Source: the human T2T-CHM13v2.0 reference genome, Homo sapiens
Reading direction: 5' to 3' (one strand)
Assembly: GCF_009914755.1 (NCBI RefSeq)
Contig: NC_060929.1
DNA: 64,000 bases
The notes beneath the pieces were generated by a model, which was given only the letters and a program-made list of their open reading frames with translations, had not been told where the DNA came from and did not search any database. Position numbers and translations under genes: made by a program. This document shows positions 42,140-55,919 of this stretch, in pieces. Each line of letters begins with the position of its first letter. The first letter of the stretch is position 1.

Positions 42140-44030
42140 TGAATCCCCTGGGGTAGATCATGATTGGGCTACATCAGTCATGGTGGTTCCACTCGTGCAT
42201 ACCTTCCCACCCACTAGCCCAACACTTGGGTTAGGAGTAGGGATATGACACTGACAATAAGACATGAGAGAAAGTTAGGAGGTGGGATCCTAGTAAATAT
42301 TTGCCTCTTTGATTAAAAGAGATAATAACAAGGAATGGCCTCTACCACTGGATATGTTAACACTATTACTATTGATAAATAATATGTTATATATTTGTGG
42401 AGTACGTGGGATATTTTGTTACTTACACAGAATGTGTAATGTAGTCACCAAGTCTGGGTATTTGGGGTGTTCATCACTTTGGGCATTTGTCATTTTATGT
42501 ATTGGGAAAAATTCAAGTCTTCTCTTCTAGTTACTTGTGAATAGTGTTGCAATAAATGCACTAGTGCAGTTATCTCTTGGATATACTCATTTATTTTCTT
42601 TAGGATAGATACCCAGTAGTGGGATTGCTGGATCATATGTTAGTTCTGTTTTTATATTTTTGAGAAATCTTTATATTATTTTCCATAGTGGCTGTATTTG
42701 CATTCCCATCAACAATGTATAAGAGTTCCCTTTTTTCCACATCCTCACTAGTGTCTGTTATTTTTTGTCTCTTTAGTAATAGCCATTCTAACTGGGGTAA
42801 GATGATGTATCATTGTGGTTTTGATTTGCATTTACCAGATTATGAGTGATGTTGAGCATTTTTTCATTTACCTGCTGCCCATTTGCACGTCTTCTTTTGA
42901 GAACTGTCTGTCCATGTCCTTTGCCCACCTTTTATTGGGATTATTTGTGGGGGTTTTTTTTCATTGTTTTATTTTGTTTTATTGTTGAGTTCTTTGAATT
43001 CCTTGTATATTCTGGATATTAGTTCCTTGTCAGATGAATAGTTTGCAAATGTTTTCTCCTATTTAACAGATTGTCTCTTCACTCTTTTGTTTCCTTTGCT
43101 GTGCAGAAGCCTTTTAGTTTAATATATTCCCATTTGTCGATTTTTGTTTTAGTTGTCTGTGCTTTTGAGGTATTAGCCATAAAATCTTTGCCTAGACCAA
43201 TGTTCTGAAGTGTTTTCTCTGTTTGCTTTTAGTAGTTTTATAGTTTTGAGTTTTACATTTAAATCTTTAATCCAGCTTGAATTCATTTTTCTATATGGTG
43301 AGAGACGACGGTCTAGTTTCACTCTTATGCATATTGCTATCTAATTTTCCCAGCACCATTTATTGAAGAGGATGTCCTTTCTCTAGTGGATGTTCTAGGC
43401 ACTTTTGTAGAAAATAAGTTGGTTGTAAATATGTTGATTTATTTTTGGGTTCTCTATTCTTTTCCATTGGACAGAATACCAATACCAATGCTGTTTTGGT
43501 TATATAGCCCAGTAACATATTTTAAAGCCAGGCACTTTCATGCCTCTAGCTTTGTTTTTTTGGTCAAGATTGCGTTAGTTATTCTGACTTTTTTTGGTTC
43601 TATGTGAACTTTAGTATTGTTTTTCTATTTCTGTGAAAAAGGACATTGGTATTTTAATACAGATTTCATTGAATCTGTAAATTGCTTTGGGCAGTATGGT
43701 TATTTTAACAATATTAATTCATGAATATAAGATGTCTTCCCATTTGTTTGTGTACTCTTGAATTTCTTTCATCAATGATAAAACTAATTTTGATAGTAAT
43801 TTAGGGGCCATGATAAAAACTAGCTTAAGGGCCAAGCTTATGTGCCAATGATGACAGAGTACAAACACAGAAAAATCCAGAATCTTTGATGATGTTGTTG
43901 AACACTTAATTAATTAGTCTTTGACCTATGATATTTTCTGGTTTCTTGTTATAGGAGACAGTTATCTGTATTTTTTAAGGCAATTTAATTGGAATCTTCT
44001 GCTCCTGGTAGCCAAGAGCATACTAATTTT
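42140..44030 (+). mobile_element. MLT1K-like LTR split by L1MA (pieces ~42140-42360 and ~43800-44030)
   Basis: 'atcatgattgggctacatcagtcatggtggttcc' and 'aatccagaatctttgatgatgttgttgaacact...tagccaagagcatactaa'. Confidence 0.55.
42365..43777 (-). mobile_element. L1MA1-3 with an internal deletion near 42540
   Basis: 'gatattttgttacttacacagaatgtgtaatg...tgggtatttggggtg'; continuous reverse ORF2 to 'tttctttcatcaatg'. Confidence 0.85.
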
Positions 44031-44256
44031 CACAGCTGTTATATATGTAACATTTAAAAAACTTTTTATTTTTAAATAATTATGGACTCCAGGAAGTTGA
44101 AAAAATAGCACAGAGAGTCCTGTGTGCTCTTCACCCAACAATGATTATCTTGTATAACGGTAGTACAATATTGAAATCACAAAATTGACTTTGGTGCAAT
44201 ACTGATAACTAAACTACATATCTCATTCAGTTTTCATGATTTTTTATACATTCCTC

Positions 44257-44287
44257 TGTGAGTGTGTGCGTGTGTGTGTGTGTGTGT
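44257..44287. repeat. (TG)n microsatellite
   Basis: Seen directly; a second imperfect (TG)n tract lies near 44698-44727. Confidence 0.9.
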
Positions 44288-44869
44288 AATTTTATACAAC
44301 TTTACGTCATGTACAGGTTTGTGTAGCCACTACCATAATCAAGATACAGAACTGCTCCTTCACTACAAGGAACTCTTCATGTCATTTTTTTATACTCCAC
44401 CCATCCACCCTGACAACAACTAATATGTTCTTAGCCTCTGTAATTTTGTCATTTTGAGAATATTATATGAATGGAATCATATAGTATGCAACTTTTTGAG
44501 ACCGGTTGTTTTCATTAAGCATGATGCACTTGAATACCATTCAGTTTGCTGCACATATAGTTTGTTTCTTTTTATTGCTGAGCAGTGTTCCATTTTATGG
44601 ATGTACCAGAATTTGTTTAACCATTTATCCAAGGACATTTGGATTATTTCTAGTTTTTGCTATTGTGAATAAAGCTGCTATGAATCTTTATGTACAGGTG
44701 TGTGTCTGTGTGTGTGTATGTGTGTGTAAGTTTTCACTTCTCTGGGGTAAATGCCCAAGGTTGTTATTGCTGGGTCATATAGTAAGTACATCTTTCATTT
44801 TGTAAGAAATGGTCAAACAGTTTTCCAGAGTGGCTGTACCATTTTACATTCTACAATGTATAAGAATTC

Positions 44870-45163
<294 letters not shown>

Positions 45164-46164
45164 TAATTCCAGTTTCTCTGCATTGTCACCAGCATTTTGA
45201 ATTACACTAACATTTTTAAGCCATTCTGAGTGTGTAGTCATAGCTCAATAAAGCATTTTTAATTTTTTCAAAGGATACATAAAATATTATTAACAATGGT
45301 TATATTGGGGAAACAGTTTGGAAACGAGGGAAGGGTAGATGTTTTATTTTGTAGTTTTGTATTTTGTTTGGATATCGTTATGTGTATATATTAGTTGCAT
45401 ATATTATGTCTACAGGACATATATATGGGCCTTTGTTTTTTGTTTTATTTTCTTATTTGTTTTTAAGTCCATAATAAAAGTTTAACAATTCTGTTATTAT
45501 AGAGTAGAAGTAAATGTCTGTATAGCTTTTTCTGTGTTGGTAACAGAACTAATGTCAAGAAAAAGCCGCAGACATCTAACAATGTTGGCTGTCCCGGTTT
45601 TACATTTTACTGTTTTGACACTTATTTACCTAAACTGAATATAACGTTTCCCTTGTGTCTACAAATTTGCCAGATTACATCCTGTTCTACACATGACTAC
45701 ATTTATATTCTTCTGAAGCCACACAAACAAAATATATTTTCCTGTTAAATGCCATGCTTAATAGCATTTTGGAATTTAATTGCTTGTCTTTTATACAACT
45801 GAGAGAGAATGCAAGCCTTGCCTTCCTTGAAGTGTATTTATTTATGCTACAATACAATTTTTACTCTCAATTTGATCTTTTAAGAGGATTGTTTGTACTT
45901 CATTGGTTTTTGAGTAAGGTCACACAGAGTAAATGTGTAAACACTGGTTATCTGCTGTCTGAATAATGAATCTCAGAAAGCCCTGCAAAACCTCTGCATT
46001 TATCAAGGACAGAAAAATTGCCTAATCAAGCAACATGCAAGGAGCAGAAATAGAATGAGGTAAGCCCCAACTGTACGTGTCAGGGAAAGTGCTTTCCGCT
46101 GGGCATAGTCATGCCAGCCACCCTCAAGGTCATCACCTTTTGCCCTAAATGGATTGATTGTGTG

Positions 46165-46723
46165 GTAAACTATTCTGATTGTTCACACATGTGGATGACC
46201 TTCAGGAAAAGAACAGCAGGGACACCTCTGTGGTAAAACATGTTGGATTTATTGATCATTGTAACAAGGAAGAACAGACACCATGGAGAGATATGAGATG
46301 TCTCAGTGACAGAATGTTAGTGAGAACCTGTTACAAGATTTGATCTTTAGTTGGGTGACTTGGGGAAGGGTTTAAGAAAGGTGAGCTTTTCTCTAAATTG
46401 GCCGTCAGAAAGCAGGGTCAATTCTCAATAGATCTTATTTATAAAGAGGGGAGACTAGAGCAAGGCTAAAGCTCTAACTGGTAAAGAAGTAGCCATCATT
46501 CATTTTAGCCGAAAGAGAGTGCTTGGTATTTTGTGAGTGGCACAGTGACTTTGCTTTTATATTGGCTTAGAAAAAATTATGTAGTTGCTCCATATTGTCT
46601 CATTCTACCCATGATATCAGAGTAACCTTGTTTGAGGTTGGTACTCTGTGAGACTGTTAATGTTCGGGAAAAGAATAACATTATCCAGCTGTCGGTGCCA
46701 CCCACATCAGTTTCTGAATGTCA
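46165..46723 (-). mobile_element. ERV1-class solo LTR (MER90/MER110-like)
   Basis: 'cagagtaaccttgtttgaggttggtactctgtgagactgttaatgttc', ends 'tttctgaatgtca'; reverse AATAAA near 46250. Confidence 0.55.
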
Positions 46724-47177
46724 GCAGCTGCTCCTTTTTCGCTTTCTCCTGTGAGTGGAAAAAGTTGAAGCCACAATATCATAGATTGCTATATGGACCA
46801 CAGCTTGGCATTTACTCATGTAGCTTTTAAATGTATTTCATTTATTTGCCATAGCTCTTTGACCTGGTTTTCAAGTATGTTGTCATTATTCCAAGGTTAA
46901 ATGCTAACATAAAAACGCATGACTTTCCCATCATCCTAAAAGTCAAGCCCGTCTGATTCAGCTTTCTGCCTCCAGGCTAAGCTGCCCATAATGATTGTAA
47001 AAAATTGATGTCTTTTCTGCTTTTAATGATCTAGCTGAAAGGAAGAAAATTCTACTGTTGCCCTCAGAACTCCACAGCCTTCACTCTGACTTTGAAAATG
47101 TTTTTCTACTCGGTCCTCTATGGAGATGCTCTCTCTCCTGTATAATTGAACTAATTTCCTGGAGCAGGCTTTAGAAC

Positions 47178-47795
<618 letters not shown>

Positions 47796-49899
47796 GCATA
47801 GACTTCTTTTCTCTGCTACTTGTATACATTTCTCAAACTGGGCTTTGGAGTATAGGAGGGTCTACAGTGTATATTCAATGTCATTCAATAAACATAATGG
47901 ATAATCCCAGAGTGCTAATTGTGCATAGAGGTTTACAAAACATATTATTGTTACAATAAATCTTACACAAATATATTATGGAATGTAATGGAAAATAGAT
48001 TAAAAATAAATCTAGAAATAAAAATAAAACTTGTCACTTCAGGCTATACCACGGTGAAGCCCATGGAGTAGTGACTGAAGTCTTTGCCATTGGAGTTACT
48101 TTGGTGGAAAAGTTATTGAACAGTGGTACTAATACAATAATCCCAAGTTAATCTTTTCCTATTTTTGTAAACTTTCAAGGTGTCAGAATTTTTGAAATGG
48201 AAAGAAATTTAAATATTAACTAATCTGTTCATTTCATTTTTATTGGGAATTTAAAAGACTGATCAATGAATAGTCAGTCTGGGCAGTGAAAGAATCCAGA
48301 TTTCCAGATTGCTAGTCTTTTCCTATTCAATGTGTGTGTTGCTTAACATAATGGCAGAAGACTTACATACATATTACTAATGTGTATTATTATCTTTTTG
48401 GTTTGATCATTCTATTTGTTAATTATAGAATTATGGAGAACTTCTCAAAGAAATTCAAGTTTTCTTTGATGTAGTATGATAGTTTATATTAATGTATTAT
48501 ATAATTTGTATCAAATAAGACTCAAATAGAAGTTACTGGTCACACTAAGAACAAATTATTTGATTTTATATGTTGGCATCTTTGGATAGTTTTGGCCATG
48601 AAAATGCAACTATCTGAAGCATTATAGTTGCAGCAGAGAAAGAGAAAATATTACAATTTGAAATGAATCTTATTTACCAAATGTGACTTGCAATATTTTC
48701 CCCATCCTAGACAATATAATAAATATGTTTGTAGATCAAACTTCATGCATCTGGTCTAATAGAGTCATACTTTGACTTTTATCTTTGTTTTTCCCATTTG
48801 TTAATAGCCTGTTGAAACCTATTCTTGTTCTGTGATTGGTGAATAGTAAGAATACTTTCAGTTTTCATACCTACAGCTGAATGGTAATTGGTAAAATTTT
48901 GAACAAAATGATATTACAACAGAAAGAATTTGATAGATTATTAGAATTTATGGAAGCTGGTGATTGACTTGTAGAAGGCAGTTAACTGATCTCAGAGGAG
49001 CAACAATGTGTCATACTTGAAGAATTTATTTACTGGCAAATCTCCAAAAATGAATTACTTCTTTTCCAAATTTCTTTAGTTATTTATATCAACCACTATG
49101 ATGGATCCTAATTACTTTAATTTGTTTTGAGAAAAAATAATAACTACTGTCAAAAACACATCATGCATAAAGAAGAATTCATAACATGCAACCTTGAAAC
49201 TTATATATTCTTTATGACTATAGTATGCAGTATGATTACAGGCATAATTTTGCTTAAGGAATATTCAATGCTTGCTTTTTTATAAAGGCACTCATATCAT
49301 TTTGGGTGGACAGTAGCTCTACATATTTATTTAATCCAACTATACAAATCAAGTGGTTGAATATTAGTAATTTCATATGGCTTAACTTCTCCAACTCTCC
49401 AATTGCCTTACCTGTCTTATATTTGTAGCACCTTAGGGACTCTCATATTCATCACATCCACAGACAAACTCATGATCTTCTCCAGACCTGGGGTTCCTGC
49501 CTTAGGAGATGTTACCACTGTCCATTCATCTTGGTAAGCTGAAAACCTGTACTCCATCTTTTATACCTCCTTTTTCCCTAATCTATCAGTATCAAAACAT
49601 CACTGTGATCTTTTGATTGTTTTTCTCCATAATATCTTGATTACATGTACTTCTCTCCACCTTCAGTGCCAGAATTCTTAGTCATCTTTCACTGGAAATA
49701 TTGAGAGCACTCCTACTGATCTCCTTGTACCAAACATGTCCCTTTTTGAAGGTGTTGGCCAGATTGCAGCCTGAGTAATATTTTCAAGCTCCAAATCTGA
49801 TCATGTTTCACCATGCTCCATAAGCCCTGCTTAGAAACCTTCAATGACTCTCCAGTGTTTCTACAGTGAACCAAAGTTCTTTACCTGGCTTATGTGGCT

Positions 49900-50575
49900 A
49901 AGGCCAAGACTGGTAGCTGTCCAGTTAAAATCCATAGTTTCCTTTTCCATTACTGAAAGAATCTGTAGTATTGGATGTGGCAGTATAACTCACTTGCAGA
50001 TAGGAGTGGCCGATGAGAGAAAGTTGGGATTGTTGAATGGGACTTGGAGAGAGCACTTTTAAAGAGGTTTAATTAGGCTGGGTGTGGTGGCTCATGCCTG
50101 TAATCCCAGTTAACTCAGGAGGTTGAGGTGGGGGAGTTGCTTTGAGCCCAGGAGTTCAAGACTGCAGTAAGTTATTATTACACCACTGTGCTCCAGCCTG
50201 GGCAGTGGGGTGAGACCATATCTCTATTTGGTTTTGGGTTTTTTTTTTTTTTTTTCATAAAGAGGCTTAATTGACTGTGAGGCACATAATTTTGCTCTCA
50301 CTCTTTTCTCTTTTCTGTTGTCTGGAATGAGTATGTGATGTTAGAGCTGCAGTAGCATTGTTGTGACTATGAGGAGGCCTTCAGAATAGAAGCCATACAA
50401 TAATATGTTAGAGAAAATAAGCAAAGTCTGGATCCCTTGTGACTTAAGTCTCCCCAGAGTGCCTCTCTTCAGACTTCTTTATGTCGGGAAACACATATTA
50501 ACCTGTTTATCTTTAAGCCCCCATTATTTGGTTTTTCTATTTTTCTATGAAGCTGAACTTACTCCTAATTGTTAA
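49900..50575 (+). mobile_element. MLT1J-like MaLR LTR hosting an Alu monomer
   Basis: 'tctggaatgagtatgtgatgttagagctgcagtagc...gtgactatgagg', 'cttcagacttctttatg', 'agctgaacttactcctaa'. Confidence 0.65.
50076..50226 (+). mobile_element. Alu monomer (FRAM/FAM-like)
   Basis: ~150 nt including the right-monomer insert 'gcagtaagttattattacaccactgtgctccagcc'; TSD taaagagg(t/c)ttaatt. Confidence 0.88.
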
Positions 50576-51159
50576 AATGACCCTGTGAAATTTGATCCCT
50601 ATCTATTCTCTATGCCTCTAGCATTGCTTTCTATATCCTGCCATCGCAGCTTACTTTCATTTTCCCAGATCGGCGCGCACTGTATTTCTTGCTACTGCCA
50701 ATCCTTTGTGTGAGCTGCTCTTTTGTTTGGTATACTCTATGCATATAACTTCACTCCCCTCCTTTACCACGTAAATCTCTTTTAATTTTTCAGAGGTCTT
50801 CAGTTTTAATATACTGGGAAAGCCTTTACCTTTTCACTAGCATATGTCAAACTCCTTGGAATAGCTCTCCTGGAACTGTGTTCCTTTTCTTTCCAAGGTT
50901 TGCCTCAACTTTTCTTAAGTGTTTGGAGATATTCTTTACATACAATAAAAATCACCCTTTTTATGTGGATAATTGGGTGACTTGTGTCAAATGTGTAACC
51001 ACCACTAAATTCAAGATACATATTTGCATTACCACAAAAAGTGACTCATGCTCCTTTACAGTCCTTCTCCTCAGCCTTCAGACCCTGACAACCATCAATT
51101 TCTTTTTTTACATTTCCATATTGGTTTATTATAAAAGTGGATTTTTTTTCCCCAGGCTT

Positions 51160-53117
51160 ACAAATGTATAACTGACAGATATTACATATATATATATATA
51201 AAAAATTGTACACCATATATATAGTGTACAACATGATGTTTTGATATATATGTATACATGTTGAAATGATTAAATAAAGCTAATTAACATATCAGTTACC
51301 GTACCATTTTTTTCTGGTGAGAACATGTAAGATCTACTTTTAGCAATTTTCAAGTATACAATACATTCTTGTTAACTATAGTTACCATGCTGTACAACAG
51401 ATCTCCATAACTTATTCATCTTGTCTTACTGAAACTTTATACCTTTTAACCAACATCTCTCCATTCTCCTCCAGCCTCTGCTACCCTCTGCCCCTGGTGA
51501 CTTCCATTCTCTTCTCTGCTTCTGTGAGTTCTACTTTTTTAGATTCCACATATAAGTGAGACCATGCAGTATCTGTCTTATTTCACTTAGAATAACGTCC
51601 TCTAGATTCATCCATGTTGTCACAAATCATAAGATTTCCTTCTTTTGAAGGCTGACTGGTAATCCATTGTTTATATACACCACATGTTCTTTATCCTTTC
51701 GCCCACCAGTGGCCGCTAAGCTAATTCTGTATCTTGGCTATTGTGGATAATGAATATAGGAGTGGAGATATCTCTTCAACATATTTATTTCATTTCTTTT
51801 GAATATATGCCCAGAAGTAGGATTGCTGAATGATATGGCAGTTCTGTTTTAAAATTTTTGAGGAGCCACTGTACTGTTTTCCATGATGGCTGTACCAATT
51901 TACTTTCCCACCAAAATCATACAAAGTTTCCCTTTTCTCCACATCCTCGCCAGCACTTGCCATCATTTGTCTTTTGTATGCAACCATTCTAACAGTAATT
52001 AGGTGCTACCTCATTATGGTTTTGATTTGTATTTCCCTGATTACTGATATTGATAATTTTTTATATATCCTTTGGCTACTTCTATATCTTCTTTTGAGGA
52101 AATGTTTATTCATGTCCGTTGACCATTTTCCAACTTATTTATTTTCTTGCTGTTGAGTTATTTCAGCTCCTTACATATTGTAGATATTACCCTGTTATGA
52201 GAAGTATGGTTTGCAAATATTTTCTCCCATTATGTAGATCATCTCTTCACTCTGTTTGTTTCCTTTGCTGTATAGAAGCTTTTTAGTTTGATGCAATCCC
52301 ATTTGTCTATTTTTGCTTTTGTTGCCTGTGATTTTGAAGTCATATTTAAAATAATTGGGCAGGCGTGGTAGCTCATGCCTGTAATCCCAGCACTTTGGGA
52401 GGCTGAGACAGGTGGATCACTTGAGGTCAGGCATTTGAGAAAAGCCTGGCCAACATGACGAAACCCTATCTCTATTAAAAATACAAAAATTAGCTAGGTG
52501 TGGTGGCATGCACCTGTAGTTTCAGCTACTTGGGAGGCTTAGGCAGGAGAATTGCTTGAACCCAGGAGGCAGCAGTTGCAGTGAGCCGAGATTGCATCAC
52601 CGCACTCCAGCCTGGGCGATAGAGCAAGACTGTGTCTCAAAAATAAAATAAAATAATAGCCTGACCAATGTCAAGATTTCCCTCTACGGTTTCTTCTAGT
52701 AGTTTTACAATTTCAGAGCTTACACTTAAGTTTTTAATCTATTGTAACTTAATTTTTGCAGATGGTGTGGGATAAGGGTCAAATTTCATCCTTCAGCAGG
52801 AAGATATCCAGTTTTTTCAACACCATTTATTGAAAAGACTATCTTTTCCACATTGTGTGCTCTTGGCACCTTTGTTGAAGATCAATTGACCATAAAATGA
52901 AGACTTATTTCTAGAATTTCAATCCTGTTCCATTCGTTGATGAGTCTGTTTTCACACCAGTGCCATTCTATTTTGATTACTATAGATTTGTAGTATATTT
53001 TGAAATCAGATACTATGTGCCTCCAGCTTTGCTCTTTTTGCTCAAGATCACTTTGGCTGTTCAGGGTCTTTGGTTGTTCCACATGAGTTTTTTTTTTTTA
53101 ACTTCTGTGAAAAATTG
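51160..53117 (-). mobile_element. L1MA7/8-like 3' end and ORF2 C-terminal part
   Basis: 'gtgtacaacatgatgttttgatata', 'ggtgagaacatgtaagatctact', 'tagattccacatataagtgag'. Confidence 0.88.
52357..52657 (+). mobile_element. AluSx/Sz
   Basis: Full dimer, (AAAAT)n tail, TSD aaaataat. Confidence 0.94.
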
Positions 53118-53994
53118 ATAACCATTCATTACCAATGGATTTTATTTCTATTCCTATGGTTTTGCTTTTTCCAGAATGTCATATAAGCAAACTATATAAT
53201 ATATAGCTTTTATTGGTCAACTTCTTTCTGTTAGCAAAATGGTTTTGAAATTTATTCATATTATGCATGTATCAGTAGCTCCTTCCTTTTTGCTTTGTAA
53301 TGTTCCACCGTATGAGTATACCAGACATTTGGGTTGTTTCCAGGTTCTGCTTTGTTTTATAATAAAGCCGCTATAAACATTCACATACACATTTTTGCAT
53401 TTTTTATGAACATAGGTTTTCATTTCTGTTGAATAAATGACTAGACAAAGAATTGCTGAATCATATGGTAAAGGCATATTTAACTTCATGGGAATCTACA
53501 AAACTGCTTTCAAAATGGGTTATACTAATATACCATTTTGCATTTCCATCAACAATGAATGTATGAGAGTTCCAATTCCTCTGCTCCCTCTCCATTAATT
53601 TGTATTATCAGTCTTTAATTTTAGCCATTTAAGCAAAGTGGTGGTAATGTTATGGTTTTAATTTGTATTTTCCTAATAAGTAATGATGTTGAGTATCTTT
53701 TCATGAGCTTATTGGCATTTATATACCTTCTTCGGTAAAGTGTGTGTTCAAATTTTCTACTTATTTATAAGGGATTGTTTGTTTTCTTATTACTGAATTG
53801 TAAGAGTTTCTGTTTTTTTAATATATTCTGGCTATGTATTTTAAAATCACTGTTTTACAGAGTTATTGTACTATTCCACATCTGTGACAGCAGTATATGA
53901 GAGTGCTAATTCCACTACATCCTCATCAACATTTTATATAGTCAGTCTTCTCAGTTTTAGACATTCTAATAGGAATATGTGTGTGTATTTCATT

Positions 53995-54283
53995 CCTTTT
54001 TTAGAGTAGCTTTTACAGAAAACTATTACAGAAAAATTGATAAAATGATACAGAGATTTTCCACATGTCCAGTTTCTCCTATTATTAACATCTTGCATTA
54101 GGTATGGTAAATTTCTTACAATCAATGAGTCAATATTAATATATAACCATTAACTAAAGTCCATATTTTGTTTAGATTTACTTAGTTTTTTTCCACATAT
54201 TCTTTTTCTGTTCTAGGATCCCATCTGGAATACCACATTAAATTCAGTTGTCATGAATCCTTAGGTTCCTCTTGACTGTGAGA
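53995..54283 (-). mobile_element. L1MC3/4-like 3' end
   Basis: 'ttattaacatcttgcatta', 'ttaactaaagtccata', 'ttctaggatcccatctggaataccacatt'. Confidence 0.7.
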
Positions 54284-54497
54284 TTCTTTTAATTGTGTTT
54301 AAATTTGTATTTCCCTAATGATTAGTGATGTTGAACATCTTTTCATGTGCTTATTTGCCATCTGTGTGTCTTTTGTAGTAAAGTGGTTTTTCAAATTTTG
54401 AGTCATTTATTACTGAATTTTTTAATTATTGAGTTTTGAGAGGATGACTATTTCATATATATATGAAATAATATGTCTGATAAGAGGCTTGTATCCA

Positions 54498-54570
54498 CAT
54501 ATGTATACATATGTGTGTATATATATGCGTATATATATGTGTGTTTATATATGCGTATATATATATATAT
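54498..54570. repeat. (TA)n/(TG)n alternating purine-pyrimidine tract
   Basis: Seen directly. Confidence 0.85.
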
Positions 54571-54661
54571 CTGAGACTTCTGGATATAAGCGTCTTATCA
54601 GACATTCTTTGAAAAGCTTTTAAAGCTTTTCTCTAAGCCAGTAGCTTATCTTTTCATTTTC

Positions 54662-55919
54662 TTTTTTAAAATTCATTAATTTTTTTATTGTACTTTAAAT
54701 TCTTGGATACATGTGCAGAACATGCAGGTTTGTTTCATAGGTATACATGTGCCATGGTGGTTTGCTGCACCTATCAACCCGTCATCTAGGTTTTAAGCCC
54801 TGCATGCATTAGGTATTTGTCCTAATGCTCTCCCTCCCCTTCCTCCCAACCCCCTGACAGGCCCCAGTATGTGATGTTCCCCTCTCTGTGTCCAAGTGTT
54901 CTCATTGTTCAACTCCCACTTATGAGTGAAAACATGCGGTGTTTGGTTTTCTGTTCCTGTGTTAGTTTGCTGAGGATGATGGCTTCCAGCTTCATCCATG
55001 TCCTTGCAAAGGACATGAACTTATTTTTTATGGCTGCATAGTATTCCATGGTATATATGTGCCACATTTTCTTTATCCAGTCTATCATTGATGGTCATTT
55101 GGGTTGGTTCCAAGTCTTTGATATTGTAATAGTGCTGCATGTGTCTTTATAGTAGAATGATTTATGATCCTTTAGGTATACACCCAGTAATAGGATTGCT
55201 GGGTCAAATGGTATTTCTGGTTCTAGATCTTTGAGGTTCTAGATCCTTGAAGAATCCACACTGTCTTCCAGAATGGTTGAACTAATTTACACTCCCACCA
55301 ACAGTTAAAAGCAGTCCTATTTCTCCCATTCTTGCCAGCATCTGTTGTTTTCAGACGTTTTAATGATCACCATTCTAACTGGCATGAGATGGTATCTCAT
55401 TGTGGTTTTGATTTGCATTTCTCTAATGACCAGTGATGATGAGCTTTTTTTCATATGTTTGTTGGCCGCATAAGTGTCTTCTTTTGAGAAGTGTCTGTTC
55501 ATATCCTTCACACACTTTGTGATGGGGTTGTTTTTGTCTTGTAAATTTGTTTAAGTTCCTTGTAGATTCTGGATATTAGACCTTTGTCATATGGGTGGCT
55601 TGCAAATATTTTCTCCCATTCTGCAGGTTTCCTGTTCACTCTGATGATAGTTTCTTTTCCTGTGCAGAAGCTCTTTAGTTTGATTAGATCTCATTTGTCA
55701 ATTTTGGTTTGTGTTGCCATTGCTTTTGGTGTTTTAGTTATGAAGTCTTTGCCCATGCCTATGTCCTGAATCATATTGACTAAGTTTTCTTCTAGGGTTT
55801 TTATGGTTTTGGGTCTTATATTTAAGTCTTTAATCCATCTTGAGTTAATTTTTGTATAAGGTGTAAGGAAGGGGTCCAGTTTCAGTTTTCTGCACATGGC
55901 TAGCCAGTTTTCCCAGCAC
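54662..55919 (-). mobile_element. L1PA8-like, 5'-truncated
   Basis: 'gtcatctaggttttaagccctgcatgcattaggtatttgtcc'; ORF2p fragments '[20 protein letters not shown]'. Confidence 0.93.

Larger units (their letters stand above)
49400..50895 (+). mobile_element. L2, interrupted by an MLT1 LTR
   Basis: 'ctctcatattcatcacatccacagacaaactcatgatcttc', 'aaatctgatcatgtttca'; resumes near 50580. Confidence 0.7.
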
